NCBI GenBank assembly: GCA_963839295.1 | Contig: CAWIUK010000002.1 | Location: 186,330 to 250,329 of the forward strand | DNA: 64,000 nucleotides | Direction: 5' to 3' | Source of the DNA: an uncultured Acidobacteriota bacterium | GTDB lineage: Bacteria > Acidobacteriota > Thermoanaerobaculia > UBA5066 | Shown here: positions 19,441 to 28,642 of the stretch, piece by piece | Position numbering within the stretch: the first letter of the stretch is position 1 | Layout of the letters: each line of letters opens with the position of its first letter | Program-made: the position numbers and the translations under genes | The notes under the pieces: model-generated | The model's input: the letters and a program-made list of their open reading frames with translations, nothing else | Told to the model about the DNA's origin: nothing | The model's database searches: none

Positions 19441-19878
19441 ATGCGACTCGCGAGTCCCCCGTTTCTCGCGCTCCTCGCGCTGCTCGTCTCCGCCGCGCCG
19501 CCCGGGGCCGCCCAGGAGACGCCGCCGGCGACGCCGGCGCCGTTCCGCTGGGAGGGCCTCGCGCGCCGGAACGCCGGCCTCGTGGTCTTCCGGAGCCGCT
19601 GGGACCCCGGCGTCCTCGAGCTGCGGGACGACCTCGTGCGCTGGACGGACCGCGTGAACCCCGGGAAGAACCTCGTCCTGCCCGCGCGGCGCCTGACGGG
19701 GCACACGATCCGGTGCCGCGGCGGGGCGGAAGCGCCGTGCACGGAGTGGCGCCTCTCGACGAAGACCGAGACCTACGTTTTCCGCGAAGTTCCGCCCGCG
19801 GGCGGGGCGACCCTGCGGCGCGCGTTCGAGGCCCTGCTCGGGGCCTACCCGGACATCCCGTCCGGCGAGGAGCGCTGA
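19441..19878 (+). CDS. Secreted protein of unknown function
   Basis: MRLASPPFLALLALLVSAAPPGAAQ signal peptide. 145 aa. Confidence 0.55.
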   Translation: MRLASPPFLALLALLVSAAPPGAAQETPPATPAPFRWEGLARRNAGLVVFRSRWDPGVLELRDDLVRWTDRVNPGKNLVLPARRLTGHTIRCRGGAEAPCTEWRLSTKTETYVFREVPPAGGATLRRAFEALLGAYPDIPSGEER

Positions 19879-19879
19879 G

Positions 19880-20398
19880 TCACTTCCGGGCGGGGACGGG
19901 CGGGAGGATCTCGAGCCAGTCGAAGCTCGCCGAGAGCGTGCGCTCGTCGGTGGCGCCGGGCACGCGGTCCCTCGGGGACTCGGCGTACGCGAAGACGAAC
20001 TTCAGCTCGTTGACGCCGCGCTTCCACGCGTCCCGGGGCGTCGGGATGCCGTAGACGCGCGGCTCGCCCCCGAGCGTCAGGGTCTCGATCTTCCGGTCGT
20101 TCACGTAGAACGTGAGCGTCTGCGCGGGCCCTCCCGGGTAGCCGAACGGCCAGCAGCGGAAGCGCACGAGGCGGTCCCCGTCGGCGCGGCTCTGGACGAC
20201 GAGGCGCGCTTCCCTGCCGTGGGCCCAGACGAACGTGTCGCCGGAGTCCGTCTTCTCGAACCCGTCCCAGCCCGGACCGAGCGCGCCCGCCGTCGTCTCG
20301 GGGTCGAAGTTGAGCGAGCGCGTCTCGTCGACGCGGCGGCAGGACGCGGTTGTCGCGAGCACGGCGAGGGCCGCGAGGGGAAGGAGCGTCTTTTTCAC
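19880..20398 (-). CDS. Secreted protein, possible lipoprotein, unknown function
   Basis: ORF 19880..20443 trimmed to GTG 20398: VKKTLLPLAALAVLATTASC. Confidence 0.6.
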   Translation of the reverse strand: MKKTLLPLAALAVLATTASCRRVDETRSLNFDPETTAGALGPGWDGFEKTDSGDTFVWAHGREARLVVQSRADGDRLVRFRCWPFGYPGGPAQTLTFYVNDRKIETLTLGGEPRVYGIPTPRDAWKRGVNELKFVFAYAESPRDRVPGATDERTLSASFDWLEILPPVPARK

Positions 20399-20408
20399 GG
20401 GGCGAAGT

Positions 20409-20792
20409 CTAGCGCCGGACTTCGGCGCCGCGCACCTCGACACCCGTCGCCACGAAGACGGCGCGCCCCTCGCGGGTCTGCGCCCGGCCCTCGGCCGCGA
20501 GCGTCCCGCCCGCGAGGTCCGCGGGCAGCGCGTACGAGCCGTCCGCCACGATCGGGAGGACGGCGTCCCCCTCCTTCAGGGCCGGCTTCCCGGCGCCCCC
20601 CTCGTTCTTCCCCTCGACGCGGACGTTCTTCGCTTCGAATCTTCCGGGCGCGGCGACGACCGCCGCGACGCTCACGGCCGTGAGCCCCCTCAGGGGCTTG
20701 CCGTAGAGGTCCGCCGCGCTCGCGGGCGAGGCGGCGAGGGCGGCCGCGAGGGCCGCGAGGGCCGCGGCGGCGCGGAGGGTGAATCGCGTCAC
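20409..20792 (-). CDS. Small secreted protein of unknown function
   Basis: C-terminal part of ORF 20409..22121 from GTG 20792. Signal peptide AAAALAALAAALAASPASA. GTGA overlap with the upstream stop. Confidence 0.55.
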   Translation of the reverse strand: MTRFTLRAAAALAALAAALAASPASAADLYGKPLRGLTAVSVAAVVAAPGRFEAKNVRVEGKNEGGAGKPALKEGDAVLPIVADGSYALPADLAGGTLAAEGRAQTREGRAVFVATGVEVRGAEVRR

Positions 20793-22018
20793 GGGAGCGG
20801 GAATGCCTTCGTCCCGGTGAACGTGTACGGAGCCGGGATGCTCACGCCCGGGCAGGGCGCGCCGTTCGAGCCGGTGACGCGCGTGTAGCTGACGTTCCCG
20901 TAGACGGAGCCGTCGACGTTCGAGTAGATCGTGCCGCTGAACGTCGCGTCCGGCTGCGCCCCGTTGAACGAGATCGAGCCGTCCGATTGCGTGACGAAGC
21001 TCGTGTTGCTGTTCGTTCCCTGCGAGGCGCCGAAGGCCTGGAACGGGAAGACGTAGCTCTGGCCGCCGCAGTTCGGGACGACGATCGACATCGAAAGGAA
21101 GTCTCCGCTCCCGGCCACGATGTCGAGGCGTCCCGAGAAGTCGTATCCGCCGTCGTTCAGGAGGAGGCCGAAGGCCCCGTTGTTCGCGATCGCCACCTTC
21201 ACGGGCGGCGAGTAGCTGACCGACGCGATCGCGTTGTCGATGACCGAGGCGCCCGTCGCGACGGGGCCGCCGCTCTTGACCGTGACCGTCGCGGTGAGCG
21301 TCGTGTCGACGCCGTTCCCGCCGGGCGTGTAGCCGAACGCGTTCGCGATGTCGTTGATCTGCGTCTGGGCCAGCCTCGCGAGCGTGACGTCGCGCGTCCC
21401 GAGGACCGTGCCGTCGCTCTTGACGAGCGCGACGGTCACGACGGTGTTCCCGGACGTGTTCGCGGAGAGGAGGAAGACGTTCGTCCGGTAGCCGCTCGCC
21501 GAGCTCGCCGAGGCGGACACGTACGGGACGTAGGCCGTCTCGCCGGAGGCGGCGAGCTGGTCGGTGTTCTGCGCGGGGATCGCGAACCCGTTCGTGCCCG
21601 GGACGCCGGTGTGGCTCAGAGCGTTCGCGACGAGCGTCTGCGAGAGCACCCACACGGGCACGGGCGTCACGCCCGTCGACTGGACGAGGAGGCCGCCGGC
21701 GCCCGTGACGCCGAACTTCGTCCCGAGGACGTCGTCGATCGCGAGCGTCGAGTGGGCGTTCACGGTCACGCTGACCTTCGCGGGGTTCGTGCCGTTGTCT
21801 CCCGAGCCGTCTCCGCTCGCGGGAAGGAACGTGATGTCGACCGGAGCCGCGACCGCGTTCGGGTTCACGATGCGGAGAGACGACCGGTAGTCCTCGCCGT
21901 TCCTGCCGGTCGCCTTCGCGGACGTCACGACCCACTGCGTCGTGGAAGGCGTGTCCGCGAGAAGGGCGGCGGGCGTCAGAAGGGCGGTGACGAGGGCGAT
22001 TTTGAGGGGCAGGCGCAT
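20789..22018 (-). CDS. Secreted Thr/Ser/Asn/Gly-rich beta-type protein of unknown function
   Basis: MRLPLKIALVTALLTPAALLA signal peptide. 409 aa. No catalytic motif recognised. Confidence 0.65.
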   Translation of the reverse strand: MRLPLKIALVTALLTPAALLADTPSTTQWVVTSAKATGRNGEDYRSSLRIVNPNAVAAPVDITFLPASGDGSGDNGTNPAKVSVTVNAHSTLAIDDVLGTKFGVTGAGGLLVQSTGVTPVPVWVLSQTLVANALSHTGVPGTNGFAIPAQNTDQLAASGETAYVPYVSASASSASGYRTNVFLLSANTSGNTVVTVALVKSDGTVLGTRDVTLARLAQTQINDIANAFGYTPGGNGVDTTLTATVTVKSGGPVATGASVIDNAIASVSYSPPVKVAIANNGAFGLLLNDGGYDFSGRLDIVAGSGDFLSMSIVVPNCGGQSYVFPFQAFGASQGTNSNTSFVTQSDGSISFNGAQPDATFSGTIYSNVDGSVYGNVSYTRVTGSNGAPCPGVSIPAPYTFTGTKAFPLP

Positions 22019-22062
22019 GCGGTCGGTTCCTCTCGCCGGGATTTTGGCCCGGATTCGACGCG

Positions 22063-22085
22063 AAAAGGCCGCGAAGATCGCGGCC
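22063..22085 (-). terminator. Rho-independent terminator after the GNAT gene
   Basis: On the minus strand: GGCCGCGA-TCT-TCGCGGCC followed by TTTT, 38 nt after stop 22123. Confidence 0.6.
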
Positions 22086-22122
22086 CGCGCCCGGAAGTGT
22101 CGCCCGTCCCGCCGCCCTCACG

Positions 22123-22974
22123 TCAGAAGAGCGGGCCGGGCGCCCCCGCGAGGCGCCGGAAGTCCCCGCGCCTCCTTAGCGCGAGGAGCGGGATCGCCTC
22201 TTTGGCGGCGAGTCCCGTGCGCCGCGCGGCCTCGAGGAGCGGCGCGGCCTCCGCCGGGACGCGGACGACGAGCCGCGACGCGCCGGACGCGCCCGCGCGC
22301 GCCGCGAGCGCGAGGAAGAGCTGGGCGGCGGCTTCGGGGCTGCGGCCCGCGGCGGGCCCGATCCACGCCGTCCTGCCTGAGAAACGGAGGGCGCCGACGG
22401 CCTCGGGCCGTCCGCGGCGGCGGAGCGCGAGAACCTCGCCTTTCGCGACGGCGCGCTCCCACTCGGCGGGACGCGCGAAGCCCCGCGTCTCGCGGTCCAG
22501 GTCCGCGACCCAGCCGGAGAGCGGCGCGCCGAAGCCGACCGGCTCGAGGGGCGCCGTTGCGTCGGCGCGCTCGGGCGGGGCGCCGGCGAACGACAGGACG
22601 AGCGTGCGAAGCGACAGCCCGGCACGGAGAAGAAACGCGATTCCCTCCGGGCCGGAGGCCGCCAGCGCCTCGAAGTCGCGGGCGTGCCGAGCCGTCCCGT
22701 ACGCGCGGACGGCCTCGAGGAGAGCCCGGCCGACGCCGCCTCTCCGATGCGCGGGGTCGACGTCGAGACGCGCGAGGAGAAGTGCGTCCTCGCGCACTGC
22801 CGAGGCCGCGCGCCCCAGGACGCGTCCGTCTTCCGAGGCCGCGACGAGGGCCCCGTCGGGGTCCGTCGCGAGGAGGGCGGCGTCCGGGCCGGTTCTCGGC
22901 CACTCTCCCAGACGGGCAGGCCGGATCCGGAACGGTACGGTTTTCAGGGCGGTCACCCGGGCGGACGCTAACAC
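22123..22974 (-). CDS. GNAT-family N-acetyltransferase (two-domain)
   Basis: VDPAHRRGGVGRALLEA acetyl-CoA binding motif. 283 aa. Confidence 0.75.
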   Translation of the reverse strand: MLASARVTALKTVPFRIRPARLGEWPRTGPDAALLATDPDGALVAASEDGRVLGRAASAVREDALLLARLDVDPAHRRGGVGRALLEAVRAYGTARHARDFEALAASGPEGIAFLLRAGLSLRTLVLSFAGAPPERADATAPLEPVGFGAPLSGWVADLDRETRGFARPAEWERAVAKGEVLALRRRGRPEAVGALRFSGRTAWIGPAAGRSPEAAAQLFLALAARAGASGASRLVVRVPAEAAPLLEAARRTGLAAKEAIPLLALRRRGDFRRLAGAPGPLF

Positions 22975-23060
22975 CCGGGCGGTCGGGGCCGGGATCGCGG
23001 GCGCGGACCAATCTCCCGTTTCTTTTCAATCCAATCGGGGCGAGGCAACGGATTGACGGC

Positions 23061-23660
23061 ATGAAGAAGCGAAACGTGGGTCGACCCAGGGACGGAAACC
23101 CCGCCGAAACGCGCCGGGAGATCCTCAAGGCAGCCGAGGAAACCTTTGCGGCTTCAGGCTTTGTCGGGGCCACGACCCGCCAGGTCGCCGCCCGCGCCGG
23201 CGTCAATGTCGCGACGCTTCACTATCATTTCGGAAACAAGGCGCGCCTCTATCGGGCCGTGCTCGACGCGGCCGTCTCGGGCGAGGTCGTCGAGGCGAAG
23301 CGCTCCAGCTCCCCGGTCGAGCGGCTCACCGCGGTCGTCGAGTCGCTCTGGGACTTCGCGTGGACGCGGCCCTCGCTCCCCCGGCTGAGCCTTCTCCACC
23401 GGCTCGCCGGGCCGGCGCTCGCTGCCGGGGGCGCGCACGAACCGCTGGACGACCCCCGCGCGAGGCTCCTCTCGAAGACGATCGCGGACGTCGGGGTGAA
23501 AGGCGCGTACGGGCCCGAGGACGCCGCCCGGTTCGTCCTCGTCCTCATGGACGGCGCGCTGGTCGCCACGCGCAACGGCCACGGCGCCGAACACTCCGTT
23601 CCCGAAGCGCCGCGGCGGGCGGTCGTCGCGGCGGCGCTGCGCGTCACCGGCCTGGCCTGA
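23061..23660 (+). CDS. TetR/AcrR-family transcriptional regulator
   Basis: From ATG 23061: REILKAAEETFAASGFVGATTRQVAARAGVNVATLHYHFGNK, the HTH signature. Confidence 0.9.
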   Translation: MKKRNVGRPRDGNPAETRREILKAAEETFAASGFVGATTRQVAARAGVNVATLHYHFGNKARLYRAVLDAAVSGEVVEAKRSSSPVERLTAVVESLWDFAWTRPSLPRLSLLHRLAGPALAAGGAHEPLDDPRARLLSKTIADVGVKGAYGPEDAARFVLVLMDGALVATRNGHGAEHSVPEAPRRAVVAAALRVTGLA

Positions 23661-24963
23661 GGCCGAGGACGAGCACCGCCGCGTTGACTCCCGTCCCCGC
23701 GAGGACCGGGTCGACGCCGGCGACGTGGAGGAAGCGCTCGAGCATCGCCGCGGCGCCGCCCAGCACCATCGCCGCGCCCGCGAACCGCCGGTCCACCCGG
23801 ACGCCGGGAACGAACGCCGCGAGCGTCGGGAGGATGAGGCCCGACGCGAAGAGCGTGTAGCCGAGCCGGAACGTCTCGACGAGGTCGCGAAGGACGAGCG
23901 CCACCGCGAGGCCGGCCGCTCCGTAGGCGACGACCGAAACGCGCGCGAGCCGCACGCCCGCGCGCGGGACGAGGTCGTGCGCCGTGGCCGCCGCGGCCGA
24001 AAGGAGGACCGAGTCCGCGGAGGACTGCATCGTCGCGACGAGCGCGACGAGGAGGAGCGGCGCGAGCGCGGGGCCCGCGAGCGCGAACACCGTGCGCGGA
24101 AAGAGCTGGGCCGGGGGGCCGCCGACGCCCCGGGCGACGCCCGCGAGCGCGATCGCACACGTTCCGAGGCCGAAGACGAGCTTGGCGAAGGCCGCGCCGA
24201 ACGAGGCGCGCCGCGCCGCCGACTCGTCGCGGGCCGAGAGCACCTTCGCCCACACGTCGCTCCCGACGGCGTGCGGCAGGCCGACGAGGACGAGGAGCGC
24301 GAGGACGTCCCCCCATCCGAGGGCGGCGCCGGTCGGGAACGCGAGGAGGCGCGGCGGGGGCGGCGTCCGCGCGAGCTCGGCGAGCGCGAGCGGCAGCGCG
24401 ACGAGGAGGAGGCCCAGGGCCATGAGCGCGAACTGCAGGAGGTCCGTGCCGACGACGGCCCGCTGGCCGCCGAGCGCCGTATAGAGGACGAAGAGCGCGG
24501 CCGTCAGGACGAGGACGCGCGACGGGTCCCACGGCGTCGTCGCGACGATCACGGTCTGGGTCGCCTCCGTCAGGAGCGCGAACCACACGATCTCGGCGGC
24601 GACGACGAGCACCGCGGCGATCCGCCGGACGCCCGGGCCGTACGTCCGGCCGATGACCTCGGCGATCGTCGTTGCGCCCGTCGCCCTCACGCGCGGCGCG
24701 AGGAACGCGCCGAGCGCGAGGAGGCCGAGCGCGCCCGAGAGGTCGAGCCAGAGCGCGGGCAGGCCCTTCGAGGCGACGAGCGCGGCGAGGACGAGAGTCG
24801 TCGACCCGCCGATGACCGTCGACGAGAGCGCCACTCCCGCGCGGAAGGCGCCCAGACCGCGATCCGCAACGAGGAACGCGTCCGTCGAGCGCGAGGCGTC
24901 CCGCGCCGAGAGGACGCCGACGAGGAGGACGGCGGCGCCGTAGAGGACGAGGGCGAGGACCAC
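23644..24963 (-). CDS. Sodium:solute symporter-family-like polytopic transporter
   Basis: C-terminal part of ORF 23644..25866 from GTG 24963. About 12 hydrophobic segments. The family call rests on overall resemblance only. Confidence 0.55.
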   Translation of the reverse strand: MVLALVLYGAAVLLVGVLSARDASRSTDAFLVADRGLGAFRAGVALSSTVIGGSTTLVLAALVASKGLPALWLDLSGALGLLALGAFLAPRVRATGATTIAEVIGRTYGPGVRRIAAVLVVAAEIVWFALLTEATQTVIVATTPWDPSRVLVLTAALFVLYTALGGQRAVVGTDLLQFALMALGLLLVALPLALAELARTPPPPRLLAFPTGAALGWGDVLALLVLVGLPHAVGSDVWAKVLSARDESAARRASFGAAFAKLVFGLGTCAIALAGVARGVGGPPAQLFPRTVFALAGPALAPLLLVALVATMQSSADSVLLSAAAATAHDLVPRAGVRLARVSVVAYGAAGLAVALVLRDLVETFRLGYTLFASGLILPTLAAFVPGVRVDRRFAGAAMVLGGAAAMLERFLHVAGVDPVLAGTGVNAAVLVLGLRPGR

Positions 24964-24968
24964 GCGGG

Positions 24969-26135
24969 TCAGGCCGAGAGGACGTCGCGGGCGTACGCGG
25001 CGAGGAGGCGGGCCGCGTGCGGAAGGGCCCGCTCGTCGAAGTCGAAGTCCGGGGAGTGGTGCGGTCCGCGCGGGCCGTCGGTGCGCGCGGCGCCGACGAA
25101 CACGAAAGCGCCCGGCACTTTTTGCAGGAACTCCGAGAAGTCTTCGCCGCCCATCGTCCGGCAGTCTCCGGTCGCGCAACCCTCGCCGAGGACGGCGGCG
25201 GCGGCGCGCCGCGCGCGCGCGGCCTCCCCGGGGTGGTTCACGAGCGCGGGCGTGAGCCTGCGGTAGACCGTTTTTGCGGCGCAGCCCGCGGCGGCGGCGG
25301 CGTGGGCGGCGATTTCCGGGACGAGCGCCGAGAGGCGCTCGCGCACGTCGCGGTCGAAGGAGCGGCAGGTCCCCGTGAGCGTCACGGACTCCGGGAGGAC
25401 GTTGAAGGCGGAGCCGCCGTGCACGGACGTGACGGAGACGACGGCGGGCTGGAGCGGAGAGAGGCGCCGCGCGACGACGGTCTGGAGCGCGGTGACGACC
25501 AGAGCGGCGGCGACGACGGCATCGCGCGTCTCGTGCGGGGAGGCCGCGTGGCCTCCGGGGCTCGTGACGTCGATCCGGAACTCGTCGACGGCGGCCATCA
25601 TCGCGCCCGGGGCGACGCCGACGACGCCGAGCGGCAGGGAGGTCCAGAGGTGGATGCCGAAAGCGGCGTCGGGGCGCGGGTCGTCGAGGACGCCGTCGGC
25701 GATCATCGCCTCCGCGCCGCCCGCGCCTTCCTCGGCCGGCTGGAACGCGAAGACCACGCGGCCGGAGCCGGGCGGATCGAGAAGCAGCAGGTCGGCCGCC
25801 GCGTCCAGGGCGGCCACGTGACCGTCGTGCCCGCAGGCGTGCATCCGCCCGTTCGTGGAGGCCCACGGCAGCCCCGTTCGTTCCTCGACGGGCAGCGCGT
25901 CGAGGTCGGCGCGCAGGAGGACGGTCTTCCCGGGCCGCCCGGTGTCGAGGACGGCGGCGACGCCGGTCTTCCCGAGGCCGGTGCGCACCGCCAGGCCGCG
26001 CGCGCGCATGCGGTCCGCCGCGACGCGCGCGGTCTCGACCTCCTCGAATGCGGTCTCGGGCCGCGCGTGGAGCGTCCGCCGGAGCGCGACCGCGGCCGCG
26101 TCGACGGCGCGGGCGTCCTTCGCGAGCGGATTCAC
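24969..26135 (-). CDS. M20-family amidohydrolase (N-acyl-amino-acid/hippurate hydrolase type)
   Basis: From GTG 26135: HARPETAFEE, MHACGHDGH and FQPAEEGAGGA motifs. Confidence 0.88.
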   Translation of the reverse strand: MNPLAKDARAVDAAAVALRRTLHARPETAFEEVETARVAADRMRARGLAVRTGLGKTGVAAVLDTGRPGKTVLLRADLDALPVEERTGLPWASTNGRMHACGHDGHVAALDAAADLLLLDPPGSGRVVFAFQPAEEGAGGAEAMIADGVLDDPRPDAAFGIHLWTSLPLGVVGVAPGAMMAAVDEFRIDVTSPGGHAASPHETRDAVVAAALVVTALQTVVARRLSPLQPAVVSVTSVHGGSAFNVLPESVTLTGTCRSFDRDVRERLSALVPEIAAHAAAAAGCAAKTVYRRLTPALVNHPGEAARARRAAAAVLGEGCATGDCRTMGGEDFSEFLQKVPGAFVFVGAARTDGPRGPHHSPDFDFDERALPHAARLLAAYARDVLSA

Positions 26136-26174
26136 GCCGGGATCATAGGCCGCTCCCCTTGCTATCCTCGGGCC

Positions 26175-26516
26175 GTGGCCGAGACCCTCCGGAGGACCTT
26201 CACGTTCGACGAGGCGCGCGCGCTCCTCCCGGCCGTGCGCGAGAAGACGCGCCGGGCCCTCGAGGCGCTCGGCGGCCTCGCGGCCGTGTCGGACGAGGAC
26301 GCCGAGACCACCCGCACGCGCACGGAGCGGGCCGTCGAGGGCATCCTGAACGGATGGCGCGAGGAGGTCGAGGCCCTCGGAATCGAGGTCAAGGGCCCGT
26401 GGCTCGTCGACTTCGACTCGGGAGCCGGCTACTACTGCTGGAAATGGCCCGAGGAGTCCCTCGAGTTCTTCCACGGGTACGAAGAGGGCTTCGCGGGGCG
26501 CGTGCCCCTGCAGTAA
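26175..26516 (+). CDS. DUF2203-family protein
   Basis: From GTG 26175: FTFDEARALLPAV ... VKGPWLVDFDSGAGYYCWKWPE..FFHGYEEGFAGRVPL. Confidence 0.7.
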   Translation: MAETLRRTFTFDEARALLPAVREKTRRALEALGGLAAVSDEDAETTRTRTERAVEGILNGWREEVEALGIEVKGPWLVDFDSGAGYYCWKWPEESLEFFHGYEEGFAGRVPLQ

Positions 26517-26520
26517 CGCG

Positions 26521-27078
26521 TCAGGCGATCCCGAGGATCCGCCTGCCTTCGGGCGTCATCATCTCCGCGCTCCACGGCGGGTCCCACACGAGCTGGACCT
26601 CGGCCTCCCTGACGCCCGGCACCCGCGCGACGCGGGACTGCGCGTCGGCGGCGATCGCGGGGCCCATCCCGCAGCCGGGCGCCGTCAGGGTCATCTTCAC
26701 CTCGACGCGCGTGCCGCCCTTCTCCGCGGCGAGGACGCGCAGGTCGTAGACGAGGCCGAGGTCCACGATGTTCACGGGGATCTCGGGGTCGTAGACGGTC
26801 TTGAGGGAGTCCCACAGCGAGTCCTCGCTGACGGGGCCGACGGCGGAAGCGGGCGCGTCGTCCGCGGCCCCCGCCGTGATGCCGAGGGCGTCCCCATTCT
26901 CTCCGGAGATGCGGAAGAGCCCGCCGAGTTCGGGCGCCTGCACGGTGAGCGTCCCGCCGAGCGACTGCGTCAGGAAGACGTCCGTGCCGGCCTTGAGCAT
27001 GACGGGGTCGCCCGACGGGATCCGGATGGCCGGGCAATCGCGCGAGAGCTGGTGGGCGGTGGGAACCTGCGGTGTCAT
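26521..27078 (-). CDS. sufT: SufT-like Fe-S assembly protein (C-terminal DUF59/MIP18 domain)
   Basis: From ATG 27078: VYDPEIPVNIVDLGLVY and MTLTAPGCGMG motifs. ATGA overlap with the MFS stop. Confidence 0.8.
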   Translation of the reverse strand: MTPQVPTAHQLSRDCPAIRIPSGDPVMLKAGTDVFLTQSLGGTLTVQAPELGGLFRISGENGDALGITAGAADDAPASAVGPVSEDSLWDSLKTVYDPEIPVNIVDLGLVYDLRVLAAEKGGTRVEVKMTLTAPGCGMGPAIAADAQSRVARVPGVREAEVQLVWDPPWSAEMMTPEGRRILGIA

Positions 27079-28274
27079 GGGGTGGACTCCTCCGCGCGCG
27101 GCGGCGCGTCTCCATTCTCCTTCAGGAGGCCCGCGGCGGAAAGGACGAGCGCGCCGCCCTGCAGCGCGGCCGCGGCCCAGTGCGGGGCGTCGGGGCCGAC
27201 GCGCAGGTAGAGGTTCTCTCCGGCGAACGGACCGAACACGCGGCCGAGCGAGGCCATGGACTGGTAGGCCCCGAGGATCTCGCCCTGTTCGGTCGCCGCC
27301 GTGCGGCGCGAAACGAGGGACGACAGCGTGGGCGTCGTAATCCCGATGCCGAGCGCGATGACGGCGATCGCCGCGAGGAGGCGCGGGACGGTCGTCCCGA
27401 ACCGCAGCGCGAGAAAGCCCGCGATCAGGAGGACGCAGCCGGCCATCACGAGGCGCGCCTCGCCGAAGCGCGGCGCGAGCCGGCGGACGATGCCGCCCTG
27501 GACGACGACCGAGCACACGCCGACGAAGACGAAGAACCACGCGACCGTGGACGGCCCCGTCCCGAGACGGAGCGAGAGGAACTGCGCGAACGTGGACTCG
27601 AAATTCGCGAAGGCGGTCGTCGTCACGAAGGAGAGGAGCATCAGGGCGCCGATCTCCGGGCGGCGGAATGCCTTGAGGAGCGAGCCCGTCGAGAAGAGGG
27701 GAACCGACGGCGCGACCGTTCCCGCTGGCCGCGTCTCGGGGAGGCGGAAGAAGGCCCAGAGGCACGCGGTCGCCGAGAGCGCGGCCGCGAACAGGCCGGG
27801 CGCGGATTCGCCGAGCCGAACGGAGAAGCCGCCGATCGCGGGCCCGAAGATGAAGCCGAGGCCGAACGCGATCCCGACCATCGCCATCCCGCGCGTGCGT
27901 TCGGAGGGCGCCGTCGAGTCCGCGATGACGGCTTGCGCGGTCCCGATGTTCCCGCCCGTCGCGCCGGGGAGGAGGCGGGCGACGAAGAGCATCGGGAGCG
28001 AGCGCGCGAACGCGAAGAGAAGGTAGCCGACCACCGTCCCGAGGAGCGAGAAGATGATCACGGGGCGCCGCCCGTACCGGTCCGAGAGTCGGCCGAGGAG
28101 GGGCCCGAAGATGAACTGCATCGCGGAGTAGCTCGACATCAGGAGCCCGAACGCGAGCGCGGACGGGTGGTATTTCTCCGCGTAGAGAGGCAACAGCGGG
28201 ATCACGATCCCGAAGCCGAGGAGGTCGATGAAGACCGTCAGGAAGACGATCTTCAGGATGGAGCGGTCGTTCAG
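27075..28274 (-). CDS. MFS transporter (Tet/TCR-like); only plausible start is CTG 28274
   Basis: C-terminal 399 codons of ORF 27075..33719: ILKIVFLTVFIDLLGFGIVIPLLP and GRLSDRYGRRPV (MFS motif A). No ATG/GTG/TTG lies between the erpA stop and TM1. Confidence 0.8.
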   Translation of the reverse strand: MNDRSILKIVFLTVFIDLLGFGIVIPLLPLYAEKYHPSALAFGLLMSSYSAMQFIFGPLLGRLSDRYGRRPVIIFSLLGTVVGYLLFAFARSLPMLFVARLLPGATGGNIGTAQAVIADSTAPSERTRGMAMVGIAFGLGFIFGPAIGGFSVRLGESAPGLFAAALSATACLWAFFRLPETRPAGTVAPSVPLFSTGSLLKAFRRPEIGALMLLSFVTTTAFANFESTFAQFLSLRLGTGPSTVAWFFVFVGVCSVVVQGGIVRRLAPRFGEARLVMAGCVLLIAGFLALRFGTTVPRLLAAIAVIALGIGITTPTLSSLVSRRTAATEQGEILGAYQSMASLGRVFGPFAGENLYLRVGPDAPHWAAAALQGGALVLSAAGLLKENGDAPPRAEESTP

Positions 28275-28642
28275 CTGAAGGATTTTCCGCAGCCGCAGCC
28301 GGACGTCGCGTTCGGGTTCTCCACGGCGAAGCCCGCTCCGCGCATGTCCTCGACGAAGTCCACGGTGGAGCCGTGGAGCTTGAGCGCGCTCGCCGGATCG
28401 ACGACGACCTCGATGTCCTTCACGGCGAGGACGTGGTCCGTCGGCCTCTTGTCGTCGAACGTGAAGCCGTACTGGAAGCCGGAGCATCCTCCGCCCTGGA
28501 TGAAGACGCGCAGCGGCTTGTTCGCGGCGTCGGGCATCTTCGAGGCGAATTCCTTCACCTTCGCGACGGCGCGATCCGTCACGCTGAGAACGAAGACGGA
28601 CGGGGACACGACCTGCGTGGCGGTCTCGGGAGCGCTGGACAT
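28271..28642 (-). CDS. erpA: Iron-sulfur cluster insertion protein ErpA/IscA (HesB family)
   Basis: Trimmed to ATG 28642 (GGAGGA 7 nt upstream). GGGCSGFQYGF and the C-terminal GCGCGKSFS motif. Confidence 0.9.
   Translation of the reverse strand: MSSAPETATQVVSPSVFVLSVTDRAVAKVKEFASKMPDAANKPLRVFIQGGGCSGFQYGFTFDDKRPTDHVLAVKDIEVVVDPASALKLHGSTVDFVEDMRGAGFAVENPNATSGCGCGKSFS

Noticed and set aside
20789-22018. Locally lower GC as a sign of horizontal transfer
   Set aside because: The drop is explained by the Thr/Ser/Asn/Val-rich amino-acid composition. Third codon positions remain G/C-biased like the surrounding genes.
23026-23056. TCAATCC-N17-GGATTGA inverted repeat as the TetR operator
   Set aside because: The arms are only 7 bp and the spacer is unusually wide. 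This is plausible but too weak to report as a feature without comparative support.
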